In this document: one piece after another, positions 10,435 through 21,098 of the stretch | Layout of the letters: every line of letters begins with the position of its first letter | Position numbering within the stretch: position 1 is the stretch's first letter | Source of the DNA: Octopus sinensis | Taxonomy: Eukaryota | Direction: 5' to 3' | NCBI RefSeq assembly: GCF_006345805.1 | Contig: NW_021835610.1 | Span: 1 to 26,138 of the forward strand | Length of the DNA stretch: 26,138 nt | Notes under the pieces: model-generated | What the model was told of the DNA's origin: nothing | Database searches by the model: none | The model's input: only the letters and a program-made list of their open reading frames with translations | Program-made: the position numbers and the translations under genes

Positions 10435-11080
10435 TGGGTAAAAGAAAATAGAAGAATATCATTTAATTATGATTTTACTTAACATATCCCCTTCTCCACT
10501 TATTGCAGCGGTCCGTTAGTTTTTCTAAGGGTTGTAAAAGAACTCGGAAGGTTGGGCCTCCAACACGGCCTTTTGTGATACCTTTAAAGCCAGGAATTTT
10601 TCTTCATCCCCTCGTACATTCTGGCATGCGACAGCGTGTAAGGGGGGGGAACAATGCAACTTTAGAAAGTGGGTGCAGTTTGTCACACTAATATGGAAGT
10701 ATTTGTTGATGTATGTATGTACCAATATGTGCACCGAAGTTCCTGGGTAAACATATATGTAAGTACGACTGTATCTCTCTATGTGCGGAGGTGGGGTATT
10801 CGAGAATTTGCATGTGTGTGTGTGTGTGTGTTTGTGTGTGAATACTTAGGTTCAGCGTCGTGTGTGTATACGGGACATTAATGCGTGCGAGTTATAAGTT
10901 ACGGATAGGCGAGGATAGTACATCTCGCCCACGACCGACTACAGAAAATCTTATATGCATACACCTTGTTTGTCGATCAGACAGCAGATTGGCTGAACCT
11001 AGTGCTATAGGTTTGACCACTTAGCCTCCCTGATAGCGATTCATAACAGAAATGACAGTACTGTGTCTGCTATTCTTGAT

Positions 11081-11190
11081 GATGATCTGGTAGAATCGTT
11101 AGCTCGCCTGACAAAAGGCTTTGCGGTATTTCTTCGAGGTCGGCTTTGCCTATCATATTTTTGGGGTTAATAAAACATGTACCAGTTGAT
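11081..11190 (+). mobile_element. Degenerate family A SINE head with internal deletion
   Basis: CTGGTAGAATCGTTAGC.CGCC...GCGGTATTTC / CGAGGTCGGCTTTGCCTATCAT...GGGGT.AATAAA...GTACCAG. Confidence 0.7.
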
Positions 11191-11247
11191 TATTAAATTC
11201 GATATAATTTACTCTCCCTACCCCTAATTTGCTGGCATTGAGCCAAC

Positions 11248-11307
11248 ATAATAATAATAATAATAATAATATTAATAATAATAATAGCAATAATAATAAT
11301 AATGATG

Positions 11308-11359
<52 letters not shown>

Positions 11360-11369
11360 TAATAATAAT
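11248..11369. repeat. (AAT)n trinucleotide tract, ~40 units with GAT/AGC interruptions
   Basis: Read directly; abuts the 3' end of the minus-strand SINE at 11370. Confidence 0.97.
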
Positions 11370-11436
11370 CGGTTCTACTATAGGCACAAAACTTGGAATT
11401 TTAGTGGAAGTGCCAAGTCGATTACATCGACACCAG
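11370..11436 (-). mobile_element. Family A SINE 3' fragment
   Basis: Reverse complement gives CTGGTGTCGATGTAATCGACTT...TTGTGCCTATAGTAGAA, as at 1187-1250. Confidence 0.75.
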
Positions 11437-11660
11437 TTTTGACAAAATTTTGTATTTTAGAAGTTATTTCGACAGAAGTTACAGAGTGACAATAGAATGT
11501 GTCACATAGAACAGAGTTTACTCTTAACGTTTTTGACATTATTTTGTCTTTCAGAATTTATTTCTTCAGAGGTTACAGAGTGACAATGGACAAATTCGTG
11601 TTTGATAAGTGTTAATACCCGAAACTCTCAGTTTTTGACCTACTCTCTAACTTCTGCCGA

Positions 11661-11694
<34 letters not shown>

Positions 11695-12252
11695 CATATA
11701 TGTGTAAAAATATATCTCATCACGCAATCGAACCAATAAAAGAGCCTCTACGTGGTCGCTCGAAACGCCTAAAATACCAACCTAAATCACACGCCCATTG
11801 CACGTAATGTCCTAGATTATCACTAAAAAGACAGTTTGCTAAAGGCTGGAATGTCTTTGATGATAGGTTTGCTGTATAAGGGTAGATTTCACTAAGAAAA
11901 AAACAAAAGATTGGATTTTTTGCGTGGAATCAAGTACACTCACCTCCTAATATGCTGCAAACCCCTTATTCTGATTCGAAAAAAAATGGGGCGGGAAACA
12001 TTGGAATTTTTTTTTTCGGGAAATGAATTCCTGTGACCTTCTAATATGCTACAATCCCTTTTTTTGGGGGGTCCAAAAAACGGGGTGGGGTGATGTGGAA
12101 GGCTATTTTTATATCTTAGTGAAAATCGTGCGGGTGAAAAGATCAACGGGGTGAGGTGGGGTGAAATTTCTCTGGCTTCAGATAAGCCCAAGCGCCTATC
12201 TGTCTGTCGATATACTATATATATATGTGTGTGTTTACATACATAAATACAT

Positions 12253-12285
<33 letters not shown>

Positions 12286-12604
12286 CATAAACACACACTC
12301 ACACACAAATACACACATACACACATATATATATAGGCATTGAGTCGAACCAGGGGCAGCTGATGAAGGGGGATATTCCTTGTATTGTTTGTCTTATACT
12401 CTGTTTTTTCGTTGTTAAAAAAAGTCCGTTTCCTTGTTTGTTTTTATGTTTTCGTTTCTCGTTGTGTTCTACGTTTATTTGTGGTGTCCCTCTACTCATA
12501 TATATATATATATATATATGCATGTATATATACATATAGATGTAGGTATGTACATATATGTATGTATGCATGTGTTTTATTTGTTAAATTGTATATGTAT
12601 ATAT

Positions 12605-12639
<35 letters not shown>

Positions 12640-15100
12640 TAATAATAAAATATTAGGGAATAAATCCAAGATTACAGGGAAAAATCAGATTTAGGATTAT
12701 ATCCAATTTATAGTATAAATATACTATATTATATTATATTAAATTAGAGATAAAACCACTATTAGGCAAATCAAACAATGACAAACATAAGCCAATACAT
12801 AAAATTAATTTGATTTATATTATTTTAAATATATATCAAAAGTATTAAAAGTTTAATAAAAGATAAAGAGTAAAACACTACGATCGTTTCATGGCTGAAC
12901 AATTCGAATAACATTAATTTAAATTCAATTAATAATTCGAGTTATGGTTACAGTCAATCTTCAGGTTAATTGAAATATCTAAAAAATAATCAGAAATATT
13001 TAAACAATATTTTTAAGATATATATATAATATAATAATTTTACTTATAATAAACTATATTATCAAACTAGAAACATAAAACTTAACAATTATGATTATAT
13101 CAAAATCGACTATAATGTTAAATATTAATTTTAATTTAAAAGGTAGGAAACCTCGGTATTAATCTATATCTAATTACATAAATATTTCAAAATGACTATT
13201 ATATATAAATTATCAATGAAAATATATAAATGTATATAAATATTATAATTAAGATCTAAAGTAATCTCTATAAATAAATATATATGCACATATAATAAAA
13301 ACCTAATAAATTAATTTTTCATATTTAAAGATGAAATAGCTAATTTCAAAATACAAATAAACAAACTTAAACGAACTTTCGGAAATCTTATGTAAAATAC
13401 TTATAGAAATAATCAATTCGTAGTAATATAGTATCGAATACATACTATAAATACTATAAATATAATTATGAATGGGAATAACTAGCGAATATCAATTTAA
13501 AAAAACAATAACTAAGTTATGCTATTAAATTAGACATGGCCCGGACCAATCTTTAGTCGAAACATATCTAAGTTTATCAAAGTTTATCTAATTTAATTAT
13601 GAGAAATTTAAAACTACAATTAATACTATTAAAACATGTATATACAAAAGCCTAACTTTATGCACCTCGTATACTTGCTATCAAACAACAAATCTATCGC
13701 TAGTGTCTTCCGAATAAACTTAAATTTAATATCTAATAATATAGAAATTACGATAATTAGATCATTACATAAACAACGATATTTACATAAGGAAAATATT
13801 ATTTACACCAAAGACTTATAAAATATAAAAATTTTACAATTTGAAGATCTAATATAAATAAATACTTATCTTAGCGAGTTTAGTAATAAACTAAAATTTT
13901 GAATCGGAAAACGTCTTTACAGCGTTTATAAGAATACTCGTGGAATTACGTTATTAGCAAAAAAAGAATAAATGTTGAAGAATTCATTAAGCGTGAGGAA
14001 CATACGCTTTATCAATGAGATTGTGAATGGGAATATTAATGGTTTATCATTGTAAATAGAATGAAGTCCAAATAAAGAATAAAATCACTCTCTATACATA
14101 ATATTTATTAATAAAATAACTATGATAAATAATACTAATACAAAATAAATTAAATATTTAAATGATTAAAAACCACTAATAATTAATATATTCTAAAAAT
14201 CTTATATGATTGATAAATATATAAAAAACATTTTATATAGTAACCCCTCATCGTACTATAAAGTCTTTCCCCCATGCTCTTATCGTTATAAGCTTAAAAT
14301 TATGATCATAACCAAATCTATAAAATACTTATCAAAATTTGCAGTAAAACTATACATAGTAACATAAATATATATATAAAAAAAATATATACATATATAT
14401 ATATATACTAATATATATATAATATACACATACATATACATATACATTATACATCTAACACATACATACACACACATACATACATATACAGATATACGCA
14501 CATATATACACACACATACACACATACACATATGCACACACATACATACATGTAATACATACAATACTCAATATATACACAGACACACACATAAATAAAT
14601 GTATATACATATACATATATATACCGCACATCAACATATACACATATACTACACACACACCGCATATATCATATCATAAATACGTATATAAATGTCTATA
14701 TTCATACTACAATACAAAAATAGAGGTAAACATTAAGTTTAGTCTAAATATTAATCTACTAATCTATACTTCTATATTAATAAAATAGATTAAATAAACA
14801 ACTAAATAAATCTATTTCAAATATAAAGAGATTACATACAAATAGATTAATATAACAAAATTATAATTTAATGAATTATAACAGAATATAACAAAATATA
14901 TAAAATAAATAAATTGTAACTTACCAGACTATTTCAATAACCATTAAATATTTATTAAAAATGTATTTAGTAATAAAATATTTAGTAATAAATAAACAAC
15001 TATATATAATCAAACTATAATTAAAAACAGACCTAAATAACTAAAATAAACTAATATAATAGTCTACAAATCACCTGCTATATTTTATATTACATATATA
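12640..15100. repeat. Extremely AT-rich, A-skewed unclassified repeat region split by a (TA)/(CA)/(TACA) tract at ~14370-14690
   Basis: Composition is read directly. There is no ORF of recognisable homology. It contains a hammerhead-like motif at 12875-12968. Confidence 0.5.
12875..12968 (-). ncRNA. Degenerate type I hammerhead-like motif with a long AT-rich stem II
   Basis: Minus strand: CTGAAGA (12964-12958)...long imperfect hairpin (TGACTGTAAC/GTTCAGCCA, TCGAAT/ATTCGA, ATTAATT/AATTAAT)...GAAA (12890-12887), palindromic ACGATCGT, GUA triplet. Stem I is only 2 bp. Confidence 0.5.
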
Positions 15101-15664
15101 CATACACACATCATCCTCCGCAGTTTAAGTTTTTGGTTACTAAAAGCACAACAAATTTACTTACAAAATATTGTGAAACGTGTTCACTCAATACTGAACA
15201 AGAAAATACTTCGAGAAGACAGCAAAAAGACAGCAAATATTTGGCACAAATTTGACTCTATAAGCTGCTGTTATTCACAGAGGACGAACATCTAGAGCAG
15301 GCCATTATACCACATTGATTAAAACTGGAGATGTTATTTGGGATCAAATCAGTGACAACATCATTACAAAAAGAGACTAAAGTTCCTCCCAAATTGCCTG
15401 ACATTGATTTATTATTTATAGAGAAGTACAGGACAAGTTATTACACCTGTAAAAGTATAGGCTATTAATTCTAGTAAAAGCTATTACATCTAGTAAAGTA
15501 AAGAATAAGGAACATTTTACTTAAAATATTGCAGCTAAAATTAATATTGGAATATTAAAAATTATTTTAATATAGTTTACAATAACACTATACGTAGTGT
15601 GTAGGTTAAAAGATTGAAAGATTGAAAAAAATAACCAGGATGACGTATGTTTCAGCAGAGAAAC

Positions 15665-16003
15665 ACTCTGTATGTATGTATGTATGTATGTATGTATGTA
15701 TGTATGTATGTATGTATGTATGTATGTGTGTATGTATGTATGTATGCACGTATGTATGTATGTATGTATGTATGTATGAATGAATGTATGTATGTGTGTG
15801 TCTGTTTGTCCCACCACCACCATTGCTTGACAACCGATGTTGGTGCGTTTGCGTCCCTGTAATTTAGCTGTTCAGCAGAAGAGACTGATAGAATAAGCAC
15901 CAAGCTTACAGAGAAGTCCATGGGTCAAGTTCTTCGACTACAGGGTGGTGCTCCAACGTGGCCACCGTCAGATGACTGAAACAAGTAAAAGAATAAAAGA
16001 ATA
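15665..16003 (+). mobile_element. Family B SINE 3' half preceded by its expanded (TATG)n microsatellite (15665-15797)
   Basis: TTTGTCCC...GCTTGACAACCGATGTTGGTG...GATAGAATAAG.AC...GGTGCTCCA...GATGACTGAAACAAGTAAAAGAATAAAAGAATA is the reverse complement of the 10021-10230 region. Confidence 0.85.
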
Positions 16004-16171
16004 CCAGAAAAACGTTCCGTACCACTAAACCAAGAAGGTTCTTTGAATATGTACGATGTATTTTAAGGTTAAATAGTAATTCTGTTTACGTTTGCGTAAC
16101 TGAGATATTTTGTTTGGATTATATTGTTATTATTGTTACGTTACTTTCTATATTCTGTATCTGTCAAAATA

Positions 16172-16320
16172 TACCTTTCTAGTCCTGAAATTTTTGTGGG
16201 GAGAGGGCCAGTTGATCAGATCGACCCCAGTACACAACAGTACTTAATTTATCGATCCCGAAAGGACGAAAGGTAAAGTTGACCTCGGAAGAATTTGAAC
16301 TCAGAACGTAAAGACAGACG
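16172..16320 (-). mobile_element. Family A SINE lacking its extreme 5' end
   Basis: Reverse complement: CGTCTGTCTTTACGTTCTGAGTTCAAATTC..CCGAGGTCAACTTTACCTTTCGTCCTTTCGGGATCGATAAATTAAGTAC. Confidence 0.85.
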
Positions 16321-16441
16321 TTCATAATATGCAAACATTTCTCATGGCACCAGTACCTTGTTTATAGATGCTTACACTTTATATATATTTTTTCCGTGAA
16401 TTTTTCACGGGTCCAGGTAGTATTATATTATTATCTTATAT

Positions 16442-16790
16442 TAAGGCGACGAGCTGGCAGAACCGTTAGTCCGCCAGACGAAATGCTTAGCGGTATTTTG
16501 TCTGCCTTTACGTTCTGAGTTCAAATTCCGCCGAGGTCGACTTTGCCTTTCATCCTTTCGGGGTCGATAAATTAAGTAAAAGTTATGCACTGGAGTCAAT
16601 ATAATCGACTTAATCCGTTTGTCTGTCTTTGTTTGTCCTCTCTATGTTTAGCTCCTTGTGGGTAGTAAAGAAATAGGTATTTTGTCTGCCTTTAGGTTTC
16701 GAATTCCTTTCGGGGTCGATGACATTAGTAATCGACTTAATCTCTTTCCCCAAAATTTGAGCCCTTTTGCTTCCAGGTAGAAAGTATTTA
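16442..16790 (+). mobile_element. Full-length family A SINE, internally duplicated form
   Basis: TAAGGCGACGAGCTGGCAGAACCGTTAG (A-box-like)...GAGTTCAAATTCC (B box)...GAGGTCGACTTTGCCTTTCATCCTTTCGGGGTCGATAAATTAAGTA, then a second partial B-box/body at ~16675-16740. Confidence 0.92.
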
Positions 16791-16887
16791 TTAAAGTTGA
16801 AAAAGTGTGACACGCTGACATTCACATTTATTATATTAGATTAGATATGTTGAATTTTGTGGAAATTTTGTTCCAGTTAAAGTGTAT

Positions 16888-16928
<41 letters not shown>

Positions 16929-16929
16929 G

Positions 16930-17092
16930 AAATTAGAATAAACAACAAGGATATCAGAGGTATGGCAGCACGTTCGCTTCATGCGATCCATTTAATTGAA
17001 CAATGCAATGAACTGTTCAATTAAATGGAGTCGCATGAAACGATCGTACTGCATTACCTACCTCTGGATATCCTTGTTGCTTATTTTAATTT
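16930..17092. repeat. Foldback element: imperfect inverted arms 16930-17002 / 17014-17092, 11-nt loop
   Basis: The inner 16 bp is perfect (TCCATTTAATTGAACA/TGTTCAATTAAATGGA). The outer CAACAAGGATATC/GATATCCTTGTTG also pairs. Lies between two (TA)n tracts. Confidence 0.93.
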
Positions 17093-17178
17093 TAATCACC
17101 TTATTTTAAATTGTATGGATAATTACCATACTAAATTCTGGTGCCTCAACTTAAGTACCATATTCATCTGAATTATAT

Positions 17179-17213
<35 letters not shown>

Positions 17214-17221
17214 CGTATATA

Positions 17222-18289
17222 TCAGGTTATCCTATAAGTTCTATCCGAATTATGAATCAAGAAAACAAGTGATCAAATGTTATATTTAATTGAAATTTAA
17301 CAATCAATGTACTTTCCCTGATTATCTATGACTTCCTTCCATATATTTACAAACATTTTAATCCCATTAAAGCACTTTTGGTTTCCAAGCGAAGAACTCT
17401 GAAATGTCAGTTTCGGCCACCTCTTGGCTTGCGAAAGTTATGTCCCCCAAATGATTTTGTAAACTATGTAACAAATGGTAGTGTGAAAGCGCAAGGTCGG
17501 GAGAATAAGGTGGATGAGGAATGTTGTCCCAACCAAGATCTTTGATCTTCTGTTATGTGACCTTTGCAGTGTGGGGTCGCGCATTGTCCCGATGAAACAA
17601 AACTCCATTTCCGATTCACTAAAGCGGGTCTTTTTTTCTTCAAAGCTTGGTTGAAATGCTCTAATTGCTGACAGTAGACTTGAGCATTGATTCTTGCATT
17701 AGGTGGTAACAATTCAAAGTGAATTACTCCTTGCAATCCCACTAGATAGAGAGAAGAACCTTTTTTTTCCATGAAGTTCCCTTCTCGGTTGTGGTTGAGC
17801 GTTTTCTCTTTATCCAAGCTACTGTTTACGACGTTTAACATTTCGATAGAAGATCCATTTTTCGTCACCAGTCACAAGTCTATCCAAAAAGGGTGAAACG
17901 AGTTCGCGAGAGTGGAGATAAGAGCAGATGTCAACTCGGATTTGCGGTTGTTTTCGGACAATTCACTAGACACCCATTTTCCACGTTTAGGAACCTTTCC
18001 AAGTTGTTGAAGATGACGATGAACAGTTGTATGGTTTGAACTAAGCTTTATTGCCAATTCTTCACCTGATAATGCAGGATTATCTTCAAGTAATGCCCCG
18101 AGGAGCTTATCATCAAACTCGACTGGACATCTGATCAATCTTCATCTTCAAGGCTGAAATTTCAATTCTGTTATTCTGTAAAATAATATTTAATTAGTTT
18201 AAATGTACACAAACGCACAAAAATTATTTTTGTAAAATACTATTAAATTTCATTCAATTTTAAAGAAAGGTAAAATCGGACAGAAGTTA
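17222..18289 (-). mobile_element. Second degenerate mariner element, with an N-terminally deleted transposase pseudogene
   Basis: TA + TCAGGTTATCCTATAAGTTCTATCCG at 17220-17247; TIR remnant AAATCGGACAGAAGTTA at ~18273-18289. Translation fragments: NFSLEDED*..PVEFDDKLL..LLEDNP..ELA..TVHRHLQQLGKVPKRGKWVSSELS; VTGDEKWIFY; GVIHFELLPPNARINAQVYCQQLEHFNQALKKKRPALVNRK; HQDNA.PH-like and YSPDLAP-like motifs. Confidence 0.92.
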
Positions 18290-19649
18290 CGCATGTATGT
18301 ATGTATGTGTGTATAGTAAGAAATCAAGAAAGTAAGAAATAAAGCAAAAATGACATTGTTCAGTATGTCGGTGACAGGAATTTTTGTCAAAATACATAGT
18401 TAAACAAAGTTGTACATCATTTCCCTCTTTCCCTTTCGCTCTTTTTCTTTCTCTCTCTCTCTCTCTCTCTCCTCCTCTCATCTCTCTCTCTCTCTGTCTT
18501 GCATTACCACCGCCCCCACCCTCTCTCACCTACTCTCACCCCATCATAAAAGTAGGTGGTGTCATTAAATAGTGAGAGCGGGTCAAAGTGTGACACACTG
18601 ACACACATAAATTAGTTTTCGCATTTATTATACTAGATGATAAAGATAAATAAAAGAGAGTTTTTTTTTAAAAAAGCATCCGACTTCAACCAAACCATCA
18701 TTAATTCTGGGACAACCTGTATTTACTCGTCCGACAAAACAGAGGATGGAACACGGTAGTGATTAATTGCAGGTGGCTAGCGTAGCTTCCGAAAGTGCTC
18801 ACGCAATCAAACTCAAATGTCTCTGAGTCACAACAGCAGTTTGTTTTTTTGTGCGAACATTTTGCATTATATAGCTCAGATATGGATGACATAGAAAGCA
18901 GAAATGCTGCCGGGCCATGTTGTGTTGCGCTGGACTGGAAACGTGAAACATCAACGGGGCACTTCTGGAGAATGAATGAATGGGTTTCTTGTGCCTTTAC
19001 TCAGCTGTACACACCGGCACATGACCCGGTGGCGCGCGAGATTGTAATCTGAAGCATCAATAGGGCACCGACAAAAATTTTAATGTTCTTCTCATTTCCT
19101 CTGCCAAATTGGACAAAAAGGTTTTCATGACATATACAATACTTATAATGCTTAAGTAGTGTCATCGTCGGAAAATGGCCTAAAACAAGGATAAAACCCA
19201 GTGCAGAATACTCAAATGTGATAAATCTGCATTTTTGGTGGGGAGGGGAAGTCCCATAGTCGGCGTTGGAAATTTTGTTTTAGTTATCAGAAATTCGAGG
19301 AGCCTGATTAATTTTTATTGCAAAGTTGGAGGAAAGCGACTGGATATTCTTCATGGTACGAGCTTTAACGAAGCGAAATGGCTTTATAAATGCGGTAAAT
19401 TTGCCTCTGGGCCCACATTACGCAAGCAGTTGAAAATTGTTTTGGTCGATGACATTCCATGGACCCTACGTAATGCATGTGTAAAATTTCATTAAAATCG
19501 GTTGGGTGGATCTTGAGTTTTAAAGAGTTTTAACGTGTTTTATATAGAGAGATATAATGCCATATATGTTTTCTCTGTATTATATTAATACTATGCACGC
19601 GCGTGTGAACACTGTTAGATAGACAGATTCATAGATAGATAGGTATATG

Positions 19650-19742
<93 letters not shown>
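19650..19742. repeat. Perfect (GATA)n tetranucleotide tract, ~23 units
   Basis: Read directly. Confidence 0.98.
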
Positions 19743-19920
19743 TGCGAATGTATACATTTATGTAGTATGTAATGTATGCATGTATGTATATTTATGTAGT
19801 TACGTATCAGCCTTTTGGCAAAGATCAAAATGTAGAGTAGCTATATATATATATATATGTATATATATATAATATGCATGTATGTTATATAGATATATAT
19901 TATATATATATATATTATAT

Positions 19921-19951
<31 letters not shown>

Positions 19952-20243
19952 GCGTGTATGTATGTATATATATATATATATATGTAATGTATGTATGTAT
20001 TATGTATGTATGTATGTATGTATGTATGCCATATGCATACTCACACACACACACATATATACTCACACGTACACACATACATATATATGCGTGCATGTGG
20101 TGTGTGCGTATGTGTTTGTTTGTGTGTGTGCGGAGAGAGAGATTTGAATAAGGAAATTGGATAACTAGATAGGTAGACATAGAGGTGTAACCAATCTATT
20201 GTAGTCCGAATATAATCGCATGATTGGAGACTACGCTTATTAC

Positions 20244-20349
20244 CGTCCACGAGTATGGTTAGCATGATGAAGAATATGAGGCACCAGGTTGAGCATATTG
20301 TATTTCGCAGTATCGTTCTGCATTTAGTTCTGACTTCCAATTTATCCAT
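20244..20349 (-). CDS. Candidate first coding exon encoding a signal peptide/anchor (MDKLEVRTKCRTILRNTICSTWCLIFFIMLTILVD), phase-1 intron donor
   Basis: ATG context GAAAT-ATG-G (A at -3, G at +4); basic n-region; hydrophobic stretch WCLIFFIMLTILV; donor ACG|GTAATA after 106 nt. The sequence is unique, not repeat-like. No downstream exon was identified. Confidence 0.35.
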
Positions 20350-21098
20350 ATTTCACGGTGCTACGTTTTACTCCTAGCTGGAAGTCGGTTATCAATATAA
20401 CCGGTAATGTTAATATAACATGGAATAGACGAAACTTCCAGTATATCTTCCTTATAAATGACATTGTGTGTAGGCAGTAAAGCATTACTCTAGATTGCTA
20501 TAAACTTCATTTCCACGTTCAGCATTATAGTTTACTCCTGGACAAATATTATTTTGGGCTGTCGAAGAGGTACATAAGTAACGTTGTCTGCTATATAGTA
20601 GAAATGATATGTACTTTCACTTTCGTTTTAATTAATGTATCAAGTCTATATTTTTGAGTTTGTTTTATACCCAACGGGTCCAACTGGATTTTGTAGTGAA
20701 TCCACGGCGTGTTTTCGACAGTAACCTTAGAGAGGCTAGTACCCTTTAATTGGAATCCGTTACACAAAAATATGTTTAAATGGTTATGCTTATGCGTGTG
20801 TGTGTGTGTTTGTGTTTGTCTCTGTGTGTGTTTGTGCGTGCATGTGTGTGTGTATGTTTGTATATAGAAAAGTTCAACAAAAACTCTTCATACTGTCCAG
20901 CTATTTGAAATTAAAGTTTCTTCAATTAAAAATCAGCGTGCAGCAAAATGAACTAACACATTTGTAGGTTGAATAAAAGTGAAATAGACTAAAGAACGAA
21001 AATTGTATTTATTATTTTCTAAATGTACATATAATGCCATTACGTTTCAATTGGAGTCATTTGTGATGCTTTGTTTCCTTTCGTTTTCATCTGCCAAC

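Noticed and set aside
11193-11489. Poly-Ile / poly-Asn ORFs, and all IY/HT/VC/YV-rich ORFs in the track
   Set aside because: They are translations of (AAT)n, (TA)n, (CA)n, (TATG)n and (GATA)n microsatellites.
12640-15100. Mitochondrial insertion (NUMT)
   Set aside because: No recognisable mitochondrial tRNA, rRNA or protein segment; the resemblance is compositional only.
15180-15440. Possible relic of a restriction-like-endonuclease LINE C-terminus (DVIWDQ..., TKVPPKLPDIDLL)
   Set aside because: Only two short frame-shifted motifs loosely resemble WD...PD; too weak without a profile search.
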